Source of the DNA: Candidatus Gribaldobacteria bacterium
GTDB taxonomy: Bacteria; Patescibacteriota; Minisyncoccia; Minisyncoccales; CG1-02-41-26
Direction: 5' to 3'
Assembly: GCA_026396705.1 (NCBI GenBank)
Contig: JAPLWE010000058.1
Coordinates: 1-39,407 of the forward strand
DNA: 39,407 bases
A program made the position numbers and the translations under genes. Of the stretch, positions 18,286 to 26,911 are shown one piece after another. Numbering within the stretch: position 1 is the stretch's first letter; the number at the start of each line of letters is the position of its first letter. The notes under the pieces are model-generated. The model saw only the letters and a program-made list of their open reading frames with translations. It was not told the origin of the DNA and ran no database searches.

Positions 18286-19464
18286 TTATTTCAGTTGCAG
18301 CTTTAAGTCGTTAAAGATATTCATAAAAGTAATATAGCCATCATAGGGCGATTCGTAGGGGCTGAAGTATTTATGCACATCGCCGTCAGCAAACCATTTC
18401 ACGCACATATAATAAAAATGGTCCGAGGTTTGTAGTTTTCGCCAAGTGTCCAGCAGTTTTTTGTTTTTTGTTTTTTTAATTTCATTTTCTAAGGAGTAAA
18501 TATTTTCTAGGGCGGTTTTTTGCATTTTATTGCCCAGCCACGCGGAAAGGTCTCTTTCGGTGTCAGCCCAGGTAACAATATTAGGAAAATCAAGCTCGCC
18601 TTTGGGCTTATATAATTTTATCACTTCTGAAGGATTTTGGAAATTATTTTCTGGGTATTTCAAGATTTCAGTGGGCAGGTTTTTTAAGAATTCAAAAATG
18701 CCCGTTTCTTCCCATTGGTGTTCACCGAATGTTTCATAGTCCATAAACAGATTTACTACCTCCCCATCGCCTTCGCTACCCCTGACCCAAGCGGCGAATT
18801 TTTCAGCGGTGAGAGGCCAATCTGCCCAATCACGGCAGGAAAAACGAAAAGAGATGTTGTCGCTTAGTTTATAATTGCGTAATAATAATTTGGTTGCGCC
18901 ACCGTTTTTAGCTTGATAAACGAAATTAGGGCTGCGCCAGCCCAAGATATAATCAGCCCCCTCGCCTAAAATAGCCTTATAGCCCATTTCTTCAATTTGC
19001 TTGGCCATTTGATTGTTAAGCATCAGCTCGGTGTTGCGAAAAACTTTTGGTTGAAGATTAAAGAGTTTTTTAATTTTACGGTTGTGCAAGGCCACTTGAG
19101 TTTTGAATTCTTGGGCTGAATAGAGATAAGCTAATGAATGATGATATGTTTCAGCTAAAATTTCCACACAACCAGTGGCTGTTAATTTTTGGAAATCTTC
19201 AATGACTTCGGGGAAAGACTCTTCTAATTGTTCTAGCAAAACACCGGATAAACCAAAGGCCACTTTGAATTTTCCTCGGTGTTGATGGATGAGTTGTAAA
19301 AGTAGTTTGTTGGTGGGTAAATAACTTTTGCGGGCAATGCGCTCTAAATAATTTTTATTGGCAGAGGTGTCAAAATATTCTTGGTTTTGGCCAATGTCAA
19401 AGACCGAAAAGTTTTTCAAACGAAACGGTTGATGGGTTTGTAGATATAAGCAAACTGATGGCAT
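18286..19464 (-). CDS. Glycoside hydrolase family 57 (alpha-amylase-like)
   Basis: HQPFRL, ETYHHSL, FRNTEL, FMDYETFGEHQW, QTSDHFYYM. Start reassigned to MPSVCLY. Confidence 0.92.
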   Translation of the reverse strand: MPSVCLYLQTHQPFRLKNFSVFDIGQNQEYFDTSANKNYLERIARKSYLPTNKLLLQLIHQHRGKFKVAFGLSGVLLEQLEESFPEVIEDFQKLTATGCVEILAETYHHSLAYLYSAQEFKTQVALHNRKIKKLFNLQPKVFRNTELMLNNQMAKQIEEMGYKAILGEGADYILGWRSPNFVYQAKNGGATKLLLRNYKLSDNISFRFSCRDWADWPLTAEKFAAWVRGSEGDGEVVNLFMDYETFGEHQWEETGIFEFLKNLPTEILKYPENNFQNPSEVIKLYKPKGELDFPNIVTWADTERDLSAWLGNKMQKTALENIYSLENEIKKTKNKKLLDTWRKLQTSDHFYYMCVKWFADGDVHKYFSPYESPYDGYITFMNIFNDLKLQLK

Positions 19465-19473
19465 AAATGTAGG

Positions 19474-19510
19474 TCTTGCGCTAATCTCGGGGTTCGCCCT
19501 CGCGCGCAAA
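19474..19510 (-). repeat. Short remnant related to the palindromic element ends
   Basis: Minus strand TTTGCGCGCGAGGGCGAACCCCGAGATTAGCGCAAG. Its ATTAGCGCAAG end matches the copy A end ATTAGCGTAAG. Confidence 0.5.
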
Positions 19511-19515
19511 ACATA

Positions 19516-20706
19516 TTAATGTAAAATTTCGTTGTAAATATTTAGACAGGTAGTGGCGGAGTTATCCCAGGTGATGTTTTGCACTTCGGTTTCGCCGTTT
19601 TGGGACATTGTCTGGCTTAAAATCGGATATTGTAAAACCGCTAAAATTTTAGCGGCCATTTCGTTTATATCCCAGAAGTCAACCTTGAGGCAGTTTTTGA
19701 TCACTTCAGATACGCCTGATTGTTTGGAAATAATGGCTGGCGTGCCATGCCCTAAAGCTTCTAAGGCAGTTATGCCGAATGGCTCTGACACCGAAGGCAT
19801 TACATATAAATCAGCCAGTTGATAAATTTTAGACAAGTTTTCATTACGCAAAAAACCAGTAAAAATAACTTTATCGGCAATGCCAAGATCAATGGCTGAA
19901 TTTATCAATTGAGTTTCCATGTCGCCCGAACCGGCCATCACAAAATATACATTGGGATTTTTTTGTAAAACTTTTTTGGCAGCTAGTAAAAAATAATCAG
20001 GGCCTTTTTGCAGGGTAAGCCGTCCTAAAAACAAAACAATTTTGAACTTTTTTTTGAGCTCGCCCAAATTCAGTGAATTATAAAAGTTGTGGGCTGTTTC
20101 TTGAAAATCTAAACCATTATAAACCACAGTTATTTTTTCTGGGTTGATGCTATAATTATCAACTATTTTTTGTTTAGTAAAATTACTTACTGCCGCTATT
20201 TTATCAGCCTTTATAAAGCCCTCTTTTTCAATGGCATAAACTTGTTCATTGACGCTATGTCCACCGGTGCGGTCAAATTCAGTAGCGTGAATGTGCGCCA
20301 CTAAAGGTTTGCCTGAAATTTCTTTAGCCATAATACCCGCCCGATAACATAGCCAATCATGAGCGTGAATAATATCAAACGATTCTCGTTTAGCTATTTC
20401 ACGCGCCAATAAGGCGTATCTTTGGACTTCGTCTACTAGTCCCCGGCCATCAAATAGCCCTTGAGCTATTTTGCCATAAAGATCAGGGCTAAGATAAGCA
20501 GCTTTTAAGATTTTTTCAGCATCAATCTGGTTTTTATCGGCAAAAATTAAACGACAAAAATCAACCTGACAATCAATTTTTTTAGGCAAAACAAAAAGCA
20601 CTTCAACGCCTTGTTTGGCCAAGGCCTTGCTTAAACCATAACAAGCCACCCCCAATCCTCCAGCATTAAAGGGTGGAAATTCCCAGCCAAACATTAAAAC
20701 TTTCAT
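19516..20706 (-). CDS. GT4 (GT-B) glycosyltransferase
   Basis: GWEFPPFNAGGLG, IIHAHDW, HATEFDR, LGRLTLQKGP, PSVSEPFGITALEA. Confidence 0.92.
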   Translation of the reverse strand: MKVLMFGWEFPPFNAGGLGVACYGLSKALAKQGVEVLFVLPKKIDCQVDFCRLIFADKNQIDAEKILKAAYLSPDLYGKIAQGLFDGRGLVDEVQRYALLAREIAKRESFDIIHAHDWLCYRAGIMAKEISGKPLVAHIHATEFDRTGGHSVNEQVYAIEKEGFIKADKIAAVSNFTKQKIVDNYSINPEKITVVYNGLDFQETAHNFYNSLNLGELKKKFKIVLFLGRLTLQKGPDYFLLAAKKVLQKNPNVYFVMAGSGDMETQLINSAIDLGIADKVIFTGFLRNENLSKIYQLADLYVMPSVSEPFGITALEALGHGTPAIISKQSGVSEVIKNCLKVDFWDINEMAAKILAVLQYPILSQTMSQNGETEVQNITWDNSATTCLNIYNEILH

Positions 20707-20784
20707 CTTTTCTATTCCGCTTACATTTATTCTGTTATTATACTGCTTTTTTTCTCTGTCAACAAAGGTGGATAACCTGCCTTT

Positions 20785-20822
20785 TCTTTGAAATTAGTTT
20801 CCTCGCCACCAAGGCGCAAGTC
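20785..20822 (-). repeat. Truncated arm of the palindromic element (copy D)
   Basis: 23 bp TCTTTGAAATTAGTTTCCTCGCC identical to copies B and C, followed by GCAAGTC as in copy B. Confidence 0.8.
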
Positions 20823-21549
20823 ATGCATTAAGTAATAACGCGGCGCCGATGGCGGAGGCATTTTGGCCTAACTTGGCTAAAGCAATTTTGGGCATTTGCG
20901 TTTTGGGCCAAAGCAAGTTTTTTGCAAGGAACTCGGTTCCTTGCAAAGAGAGGGACCGCGCGCCTGCCCCGCCCAAAATAATTATTTCTGGATTAAAAAT
21001 GTTAATTAAATTAGCCAAACCAATAGCGTTTATTTTTTCTTGTTCTTTGGGTTTATTTTTGGTTGCTTGATAAAGCTTTTCCCAGCTTTGTCCTTTATTA
21101 ATAATTATGTGGCCAACTTCACCAGAAGGGGCGGGTAAAATTTTATCGTTTATCATTAGCGCTCCCCCAATACCAGTGCCTAAAGTCACCGCTAAGATAT
21201 TGCTGTATCCTCTGCCCGCTCCAAGCATTGCTTCGGCTCGCAAGAAGCAATGAACATCATTATCTATTCTAACAATTTTATCAGGCCAAAGTTTTTTTAG
21301 ATTGAGCCCGTCTAATTGAGGCGCATTGGGGCACTTAATAATCTGACCATTGATTGCGTTAAAAATCCCCGGCACGCCAATCCCGATTTTTAGCAAGCCA
21401 TACTCCCCCACTATTGCTTTGAGATTTTCTTTATTGGGAGCGCCAGTAATTTGTTTTTGTTCAACAATTTTTTGCCCATTCCAAACAACCAAATTAATTT
21501 TCGACCCGCCAATATCCACCCCCAAAATATTTTCTTTTTTGATAGTCAT
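20821..21549 (-). CDS. ROK family sugar kinase
   Basis: GVDIGGSK, GIGVPG, IDNDV, TLGTGIGG, GEVGH, IILGG, AIGAA. Start placed at MTIKKE. Confidence 0.88.
   Translation of the reverse strand: MTIKKENILGVDIGGSKINLVVWNGQKIVEQKQITGAPNKENLKAIVGEYGLLKIGIGVPGIFNAINGQIIKCPNAPQLDGLNLKKLWPDKIVRIDNDVHCFLRAEAMLGAGRGYSNILAVTLGTGIGGALMINDKILPAPSGEVGHIIINKGQSWEKLYQATKNKPKEQEKINAIGLANLINIFNPEIIILGGAGARSLSLQGTEFLAKNLLWPKTQMPKIALAKLGQNASAIGAALLLNA
20921..20947. repeat. REP-like palindrome inside the ROK gene
   Basis: TTTGCAAGGAAC-TCG-GTTCCTTGCAAA, a perfect 12-bp stem. Confidence 0.8.
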
Positions 21550-21587
21550 TATTACTATTTGATTATTATTTAATAATAGCATAAAAC

Positions 21588-21627
21588 AAAAAATACCCGA
21601 GGGCAGATCTCCCCTCGGGTATTTTTT
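21588..21627 (-). terminator. Intrinsic terminator downstream of the tRNA
   Basis: AAAAAATACCCGAGGG-N8-CCCTCGGGTATTTTTT. Confidence 0.85.
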
Positions 21628-21631
21628 ATTG

Positions 21632-21704
21632 TGCCCCCACTCGGATTCGGACCGAGAACCAGCGCCTTAAAAGGGCGATGCTCTGCCAGTTGAGCTATGG
21701 GGGC
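21632..21704 (-). tRNA. tRNA-Lys (anticodon UUU), CCA not encoded
   Basis: GCCCCCATAGCTCAACTGGCAGAGCATCGCCCTTTTAAGGCGCTGGTTCTCGGTCCGAATCCGAGTGGGGGCA folds as a cloverleaf with anticodon loop CT-TTT-AA. Confidence 0.92.
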
Positions 21705-21801
21705 GAAAGGCAATTGATTGCCTTTCGCCGGGCGCCTTCGGTTCGGCGTCGGAGCGAAGCGGAGCGCCAAACCGTATAAAGGCGCCCCGGGTCGGGCGAA
21801 A
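21701..21801. repeat. GC-rich structured element abutting the tRNA 5' end
   Basis: 12-bp IR at 21702-21729. Long stem-loop 21723-21801 capped by GGA-GCGAAGC-GGA. Direct repeat GGGCGAAA at 21701-21708 and 21794-21801. Confidence 0.7.
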
Positions 21802-21855
21802 TACAATGTTTTTTTCTTATTCCGCCCGATTGTAAAAAATGTTTACTGCATAATG

Positions 21856-22944
21856 CTACAATCCTTCCTTTCTCAACTCATTCAACAATTCTTTTTGTTT
21901 TTTTGTTAATTTTTTGGGTGTATCCACAACCAACTCTACAAACAAATCGCCTCTGCCCCAGCCGCCAAAATGCGGTATGCCTTTGCCCCCAATACGGAAC
22001 ACCTTGCCCGACTGTGTGCTTTCGGGCACTTTTAAGGAAATCTTTTTACCTTCTAGCATTTCTAATTCTATTTCGCCTCCCAAGGTTGCTAAAGAAAAGC
22101 TAATAGAATAGGTGGCCAGTAAATCGTCGCCTTTTCGTTCAAAGAGCGCATGGGGCTTGATGGCTATCCTAATATATAAATTGCCCGCTAGCCCGCCTCG
22201 TTTGCCTGCCTCCCCTGCCCCGTCTATTCTTAGTGTTTGGCCAGTATCAACGCCAGCCGGAATCACCACTTCTATTTCTTCAGTTTGGCGCAAGCGACCT
22301 TCGCCTCGACAAACATTACAGGGTTTTTTTTTTTTTTTTCCTTCGCCCTTGCGCTCTGGGCATTGCGAAAAGGTTAAAGGCCCTAGTTTTCTCATTTGTT
22401 GCACCCAGCCTGTGCTTTTGCAAGAAAAGCATTCTTTGATTTTGGTGTTGCCTTCAGCTCCTGTGCCATTACAACGAGAGCATTTAACCATTTTACTCAA
22501 AGAAACTTTTTTAGCAACATCTTTGAGCGTATCTTTCAAATCAATGGATAATTCTGTTTCGATGTCTTGGCCTTTATTTTTTGGTTTTTTTCTAGAGCCG
22601 CCTTGTTGCCCAAAGCCAAAACTGCCAAACAAATCTTCAAAGTTTAAGCCGCTAAAATCAAACCCGCTGTTTTGCCCGCCAAAAGAATTAAAATCAAACC
22701 CGCCAGCTCCCGGCCCGCCAGCGTTGCTGGCCCCTCCTTCAAATACTCGGCCAAATTGGTCGTATTGCGCTCGCTTGTCTTGGTTACTCAAAACCTGGTA
22801 GGCCTCGTTGATTTCTTTGAATTTTTTTTCATCGCCCCCTTTTTTGTCGGGGTGGTGTTGATGGGCCAGTTTACGATAAGCCTGCTTGACTTCATCTGGT
22901 GAAGCGGTTTTGTTAATGCCAAGTGTTTGATAATAATCTGACAT
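21856..22944 (-). CDS. dnaJ: Chaperone DnaJ
   Basis: J domain with HPD, G/F-rich region, CxxCxGxG repeats (third one degenerate), C-terminal domain. Confidence 0.95.
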   Translation of the reverse strand: MSDYYQTLGINKTASPDEVKQAYRKLAHQHHPDKKGGDEKKFKEINEAYQVLSNQDKRAQYDQFGRVFEGGASNAGGPGAGGFDFNSFGGQNSGFDFSGLNFEDLFGSFGFGQQGGSRKKPKNKGQDIETELSIDLKDTLKDVAKKVSLSKMVKCSRCNGTGAEGNTKIKECFSCKSTGWVQQMRKLGPLTFSQCPERKGEGKKKKKPCNVCRGEGRLRQTEEIEVVIPAGVDTGQTLRIDGAGEAGKRGGLAGNLYIRIAIKPHALFERKGDDLLATYSISFSLATLGGEIELEMLEGKKISLKVPESTQSGKVFRIGGKGIPHFGGWGRGDLFVELVVDTPKKLTKKQKELLNELRKEGL

Positions 22945-22950
22945 AAAAAA

Positions 22951-24855
22951 TTATTTCTCTTTATACTCTCCTTCTTCTGCTTTTGGTTGCTCGTCAGTGG
23001 GCTTATCACCTTGCTCTGGCTGTTGAGATGGCTGTGGTTGTTCAGCTTGCTTGGCTTTATACATTTCTGTGCCAATTTTTTGGATAACTTGCGACAACTC
23101 CTCGGTTTTCTTTTTGATCTCCTCTATATTATCATCATCTTTTATTTTTTTCAATTCGCTAATTTTTTTCTCGGCCTCTTCTTTATCTTTTGGGGCAACT
23201 TTATCGCCAGCTTCTTTCAAAGTTTTTTCCGAGGCGTAAATTAAGTTGTCAGCCAAATTAACAGTTTCAATTAGGTCGCGTTTTTTCTTGTCTTGATCGG
23301 CATGGATTTCCGCGTCTTTTTTCATTTTTTCAATTTCTTCTTTAGATAATCCAGAAGCGCCTTCAATTCTGATCGATTGAGATTTGCTGGTGGCTTTATC
23401 CTTGGCTGATACATTCAAAATACCGTTGGCATCAATATCAAAAGATACTTCAATTTGTGGCACGCCTCTTGGTGAGGCGGGAATGCCATCTAAGATACAG
23501 TGCCCCAATGTTTTGTTGTCGTGAGCCATGGGTCGCTCGCCTTGTAAAACTTTAATCTCTACTGAAGGCTGGTTATCGGCGGCCGTGGAAAAAACTTGCG
23601 ACTTAGCCGTGGGCACAGTGGTGTTTTTAGCGATTAACACGGTATTTACTTGGCCCAAGGTTTCAATACCCAAGCTCAAAGGCGTGACATCAAGCAATAA
23701 AACATCTTTGATGTCGCCTTGCATGATGCCTCCTTGAATGGCAGCTCCAATGGCCACTACTTCGTCGGGATTGATTTCTTTATTGGGTTCTTTATTGAAT
23801 AATTTTTTAATTTCCTCTTGAATTTTAGGCATACGAGTTTGCCCGCCCACCAAAACAATTTCTTCAATGTCTGATGGTTTCAAGTTTATTTCCTGTAAGG
23901 TTTGTTTAACCAAATCAATAGAGCGCTTGATGTCGTCGCCTACCATATCTTCTAATTTGGCTCGGCTCAATTTCAAGAGCAAATGTTTGGGGCCAGATTC
24001 GCCCGAGGTAATAAATGGTAAATTGATTTCTGTTTCCAAGCTAGTAGACAGTTCAATTTTGGCTTTTTCAGCTGCTTCTTTAATTCTTTGCAAGGCCAAG
24101 GGGTCTTTGGATAGGTCAACGCCTTGTTCCTTTTTGAATTCGGCCACCACCCATTGCATTATTTTTTGATCAAAATCATCTCCCCCTAAATGGGTATCTC
24201 CGCCGGTAGCTTTAACCTCCACAGTGTCTTGGGAAACATCTAAAATAGAAATATCAAAAGTGCCTCCGCCAAAATCATAAACCACAATTTGTTGATTTTT
24301 CTTTTTATCTAAGCCATAAGCCAAAGCGGCTGCGGTTGGTTCGTTAATAACCCGCAACACTTTTAAGCCGGCAATTTCGCCTGCCACCTTAGTGGCTTTG
24401 CGTTGAGAGTCGTCAAAATAAGCCGGGCAAGTAATAATAGCTTCGGTAATGGGTTCGCCCAGCTTGTCTTCGGCGTCTTGCTTTAGTTTTTGCAAAATCA
24501 TAGCGGAAATTTCTTGGGGTGTGTGCCACTTGTCTCCGATCTTTACTTCTACTCCCCCGCCTTCGGGTTTTTCTCGCAGTTCATAAGATAAGAGGGCTTT
24601 ATCTTTGCGCACTTCTTCATCATTAAAATTGCGTCCAATCAGTCGTTTGATAGAGAAAATAGTATTTTGCGGATTGGTGATGGCTTGCCTTTTGGCGATG
24701 ACACCCACCAGTCGTTCGTTGTTTTTAGTTAAAGCCACAATGGAAGGGGTGGTTCTGCCACCTTCTTTGTTTTCAATGATGCGAGGCGAGCCGGCTTCTA
24801 TAATGGCCATAGCTGAATTAGTTGTGCCCAGGTCAATTCCTAAAATTTTTGACAT
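22951..24855 (-). CDS. dnaK: Chaperone DnaK (Hsp70)
   Basis: [49 protein letters not shown]. Confidence 0.98.
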   Translation of the reverse strand: MSKILGIDLGTTNSAMAIIEAGSPRIIENKEGGRTTPSIVALTKNNERLVGVIAKRQAITNPQNTIFSIKRLIGRNFNDEEVRKDKALLSYELREKPEGGGVEVKIGDKWHTPQEISAMILQKLKQDAEDKLGEPITEAIITCPAYFDDSQRKATKVAGEIAGLKVLRVINEPTAAALAYGLDKKKNQQIVVYDFGGGTFDISILDVSQDTVEVKATGGDTHLGGDDFDQKIMQWVVAEFKKEQGVDLSKDPLALQRIKEAAEKAKIELSTSLETEINLPFITSGESGPKHLLLKLSRAKLEDMVGDDIKRSIDLVKQTLQEINLKPSDIEEIVLVGGQTRMPKIQEEIKKLFNKEPNKEINPDEVVAIGAAIQGGIMQGDIKDVLLLDVTPLSLGIETLGQVNTVLIAKNTTVPTAKSQVFSTAADNQPSVEIKVLQGERPMAHDNKTLGHCILDGIPASPRGVPQIEVSFDIDANGILNVSAKDKATSKSQSIRIEGASGLSKEEIEKMKKDAEIHADQDKKKRDLIETVNLADNLIYASEKTLKEAGDKVAPKDKEEAEKKISELKKIKDDDNIEEIKKKTEELSQVIQKIGTEMYKAKQAEQPQPSQQPEQGDKPTDEQPKAEEGEYKEK

Positions 24856-24880
24856 ATTTTTTTTATTTTTTTATTTATTA

Positions 24881-25363
24881 TTATTTTATTATTTTAACTT
24901 TTGATGGTCTTAACAGCTCTCCGTTGAGCAGATATCCTTTTTGTATTACTTCCGCCACTACGCCCGACTCCCCTTCTCCTTTAATTTCAGTAAGGGCTTC
25001 GTGAAATTCTGGGTTAAATTTTTCGCCTACCGCTTTAATTTCTGTTAAGCCTTGTTTTTTTAGTTCTTCTAAAAATTTAGAGCTAGCCAGAAAAATGCCT
25101 TTGAGCCAATTTTCATTTTGTAAATTCTCAGGAATATGATTTTGAGCGCGCTCTAAGTCATCGCAAAAGTCCAAAATTTTGAAAAGCCAATCTTGGTCAA
25201 TTTGTTTTTTTAGCCAAGCTAGCCTTTCGCCTTCATTTTTTTTGTAGTTAGCCAAATCAGCCACTGCCCTTTGCCAACCAGCGAGATATTCATCGCGTAG
25301 CTTTTCGCAAATCTCTAAATTTGTTGGCATATTTTCTTGTTCGTTTTGTTTTTCATCATCCAT
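24881..25363 (-). CDS. grpE: Nucleotide exchange factor GrpE
   Basis: WQRAVADLANYKK, DDLERA, FNPEFHEA, QKGYLLNGELLRPSKV. Confidence 0.95.
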   Translation of the reverse strand: MDDEKQNEQENMPTNLEICEKLRDEYLAGWQRAVADLANYKKNEGERLAWLKKQIDQDWLFKILDFCDDLERAQNHIPENLQNENWLKGIFLASSKFLEELKKQGLTEIKAVGEKFNPEFHEALTEIKGEGESGVVAEVIQKGYLLNGELLRPSKVKIIK

Positions 25364-25378
25364 AATTTTTAATTTATT

Positions 25379-25843
25379 TTAGCCTATTTCAAACATTTTT
25401 TCGCAAAAAGGACATCTAATGACCGAGCAGTCTTCGGGTTCGCCCAAAATAACTAGCTCTAAGTTTTTTATTGAATTGTCGTCTTTAAGCTTATTTTTAT
25501 GGCGCACTGCTTCATTAGGTTTTAATTCTCTGCCCAGGAATTGTTCCATTATCCAGCGGTGTTCGGGTAGATAGCCTCTTTTGTTGGCGTTGGGGTGGTC
25601 AGGGGCGTAAACCATGATATAGCCACTTTGGCTATCTTTGTATTTACCTCCTTTCCAATAGGGATTATTGGGGCCACTGCGGTCAGCTTCATAAGGCCTC
25701 ACTTCCCTAATTTCAAAGCGGGCTGCCCAACGAGAAATTGTGGTAATATTCACTCCGCACGAGATGGCTATCTCTGAAATAGTTAGCTCTTCGGTAAGGT
25801 ATTTTTTGCAAAGCCAATTCTTATTTTGATAATTTTTTTCCAT
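25379..25843 (-). CDS. HTH + NUMOD-like + degenerate HNH domain + C-terminal CxxC protein
   Basis: LTISEIAISCGVNITTISRW (HTH), GPNNPYWKGG, GYLPEHRWIMEQFLGR..AVRHKN..KDDN.IKNLEL (HNH_3-like), CPFCEK. Confidence 0.8.
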   Translation of the reverse strand: MEKNYQNKNWLCKKYLTEELTISEIAISCGVNITTISRWAARFEIREVRPYEADRSGPNNPYWKGGKYKDSQSGYIMVYAPDHPNANKRGYLPEHRWIMEQFLGRELKPNEAVRHKNKLKDDNSIKNLELVILGEPEDCSVIRCPFCEKMFEIG

Positions 25844-25863
25844 CTCAATAATTATTATAATCC

Positions 25864-25900
25864 ATTATAATAAATTAGCACTCAATGTCAAGGGTGCTAA
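25864..25900 (-). promoter_or_regulatory. CIRCE-like operator overlapping a perfect-consensus sigma70 promoter
   Basis: TTAGCACTC-N8-GGGTGCTAA (25875-25900). Minus-strand TTGACA (25891-25886)-N16-TATAAT (25869-25864). Confidence 0.88.
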
Positions 25901-25984
25901 TTACCTTAAGGATATCCACAGCTTGTAATTATTTTTTAATAGGTTGATGTGTTAAAATAAATAAAGTAAATAAGTATTTTTAAT

Positions 25985-26899
25985 ATGTTAAGCGTTATTA
26001 AAGCTAAAAATGTTACTTGGGTTGATATTAAAGAACCAGATGAAAAGGACTTGCAGTGGCTAAAAGATAATTTTAACTTGCACCCTTTGATTTTGAAAGA
26101 ATTACCTCCCCAGCTTGATTATCCCAAAATAGAACAATTTGGTCGCTATTTATTTTTGGTGCTTTTTTATCCTTTTTACGACAGTCGTAGTTTTCGCACT
26201 ATACCCATTGAGCTTGATATAGTGGTTTCCAAAAATTATATTATCACTAATCATTATAAAGACATTGTTCCTTTGAAAGCTATTTTTGACAAGTGTAATC
26301 TTTACGAAAATATTCGAGAAGAATACACTCAAAAAGGCACTCATAGTTTGCTTTATCGCATTGTTAATGAAATTTTATCAGCCAGTTTTCCCAAATTAAG
26401 CCATATTAAGCAAAATGTTGACGAAATTGAATCGGCCATTTATGCGGAGCAATACAAAGAAAGCGTGCAGAAAATTTCTTTGGTTAGGCGTGATATTATT
26501 GGTTTTCAAAGAATTGTTGAACCTCAAGGCATTGTCTTAAAGGGGCTAATTGAGAAAAGTGATGCTTTTTTTGACGAGGATATTACTCTTTATTTTCGTT
26601 CTTTGTTGAATATCCATAATCAGATAAACACTATTTTATCAACGCAAAGCAAAATATTAGACGCTTTAGATACCACCAATCAATCCCTGATTAACACTCG
26701 CACTAATTCTACCATGAAAGCGCTCACTATATTTTTGGTTTTACTATACCCCTTTGCTTTTTTCTCGGATATATTCAGCATGAATGGTCAGTTTTTGCAG
26801 TGGACAGCCAAGCCGCACGATTTTTGGATAGTCTATGGTTTGATGATTATCGGGTTTTTAAGCATCTTAGCTGTTCTCAAAAAGAAAAAGTGGCTATAA
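25985..26899 (+). CDS. corA: CorA-family divalent cation transporter
   Basis: TWVDI, FNLHPL, two C-terminal TM helices with FSMN (GMN variant), KKKKWL end. Confidence 0.88.
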   Translation: MLSVIKAKNVTWVDIKEPDEKDLQWLKDNFNLHPLILKELPPQLDYPKIEQFGRYLFLVLFYPFYDSRSFRTIPIELDIVVSKNYIITNHYKDIVPLKAIFDKCNLYENIREEYTQKGTHSLLYRIVNEILSASFPKLSHIKQNVDEIESAIYAEQYKESVQKISLVRRDIIGFQRIVEPQGIVLKGLIEKSDAFFDEDITLYFRSLLNIHNQINTILSTQSKILDALDTTNQSLINTRTNSTMKALTIFLVLLYPFAFFSDIFSMNGQFLQWTAKPHDFWIVYGLMIIGFLSILAVLKKKKWL

Positions 26900-26911
26900 T
26901 GTAGTTATTTT

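Noticed and set aside
18006..18337. Three short ORFs (83, 60 and 79 aa) over copy A
   Set aside because: By-products of the GC-rich palindrome, with no recognisable protein features.
19465..19509. N-terminal extension MRARANPEISARPTF on GH57
   Set aside because: It is encoded by the repeat remnant. The family-typical start is MPSVCLY.
20738..20762. TTGACA...TATAAT promoter for the glucan cluster
   Set aside because: The perfect boxes are only 14 bp apart. A promoter probably exists here but the -35 box cannot be assigned.
21570..21909. ORFs of 78 and 63 aa
   Set aside because: They overlap the tRNA, its terminator and the structured leader.
22112..22801. 229-aa + strand ORF and the other antisense ORFs in the track (e.g. 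33545-34069, 31360-31821)
   Set aside because: Shadow frames opposite well-conserved genes, with no independent motifs or start signals.
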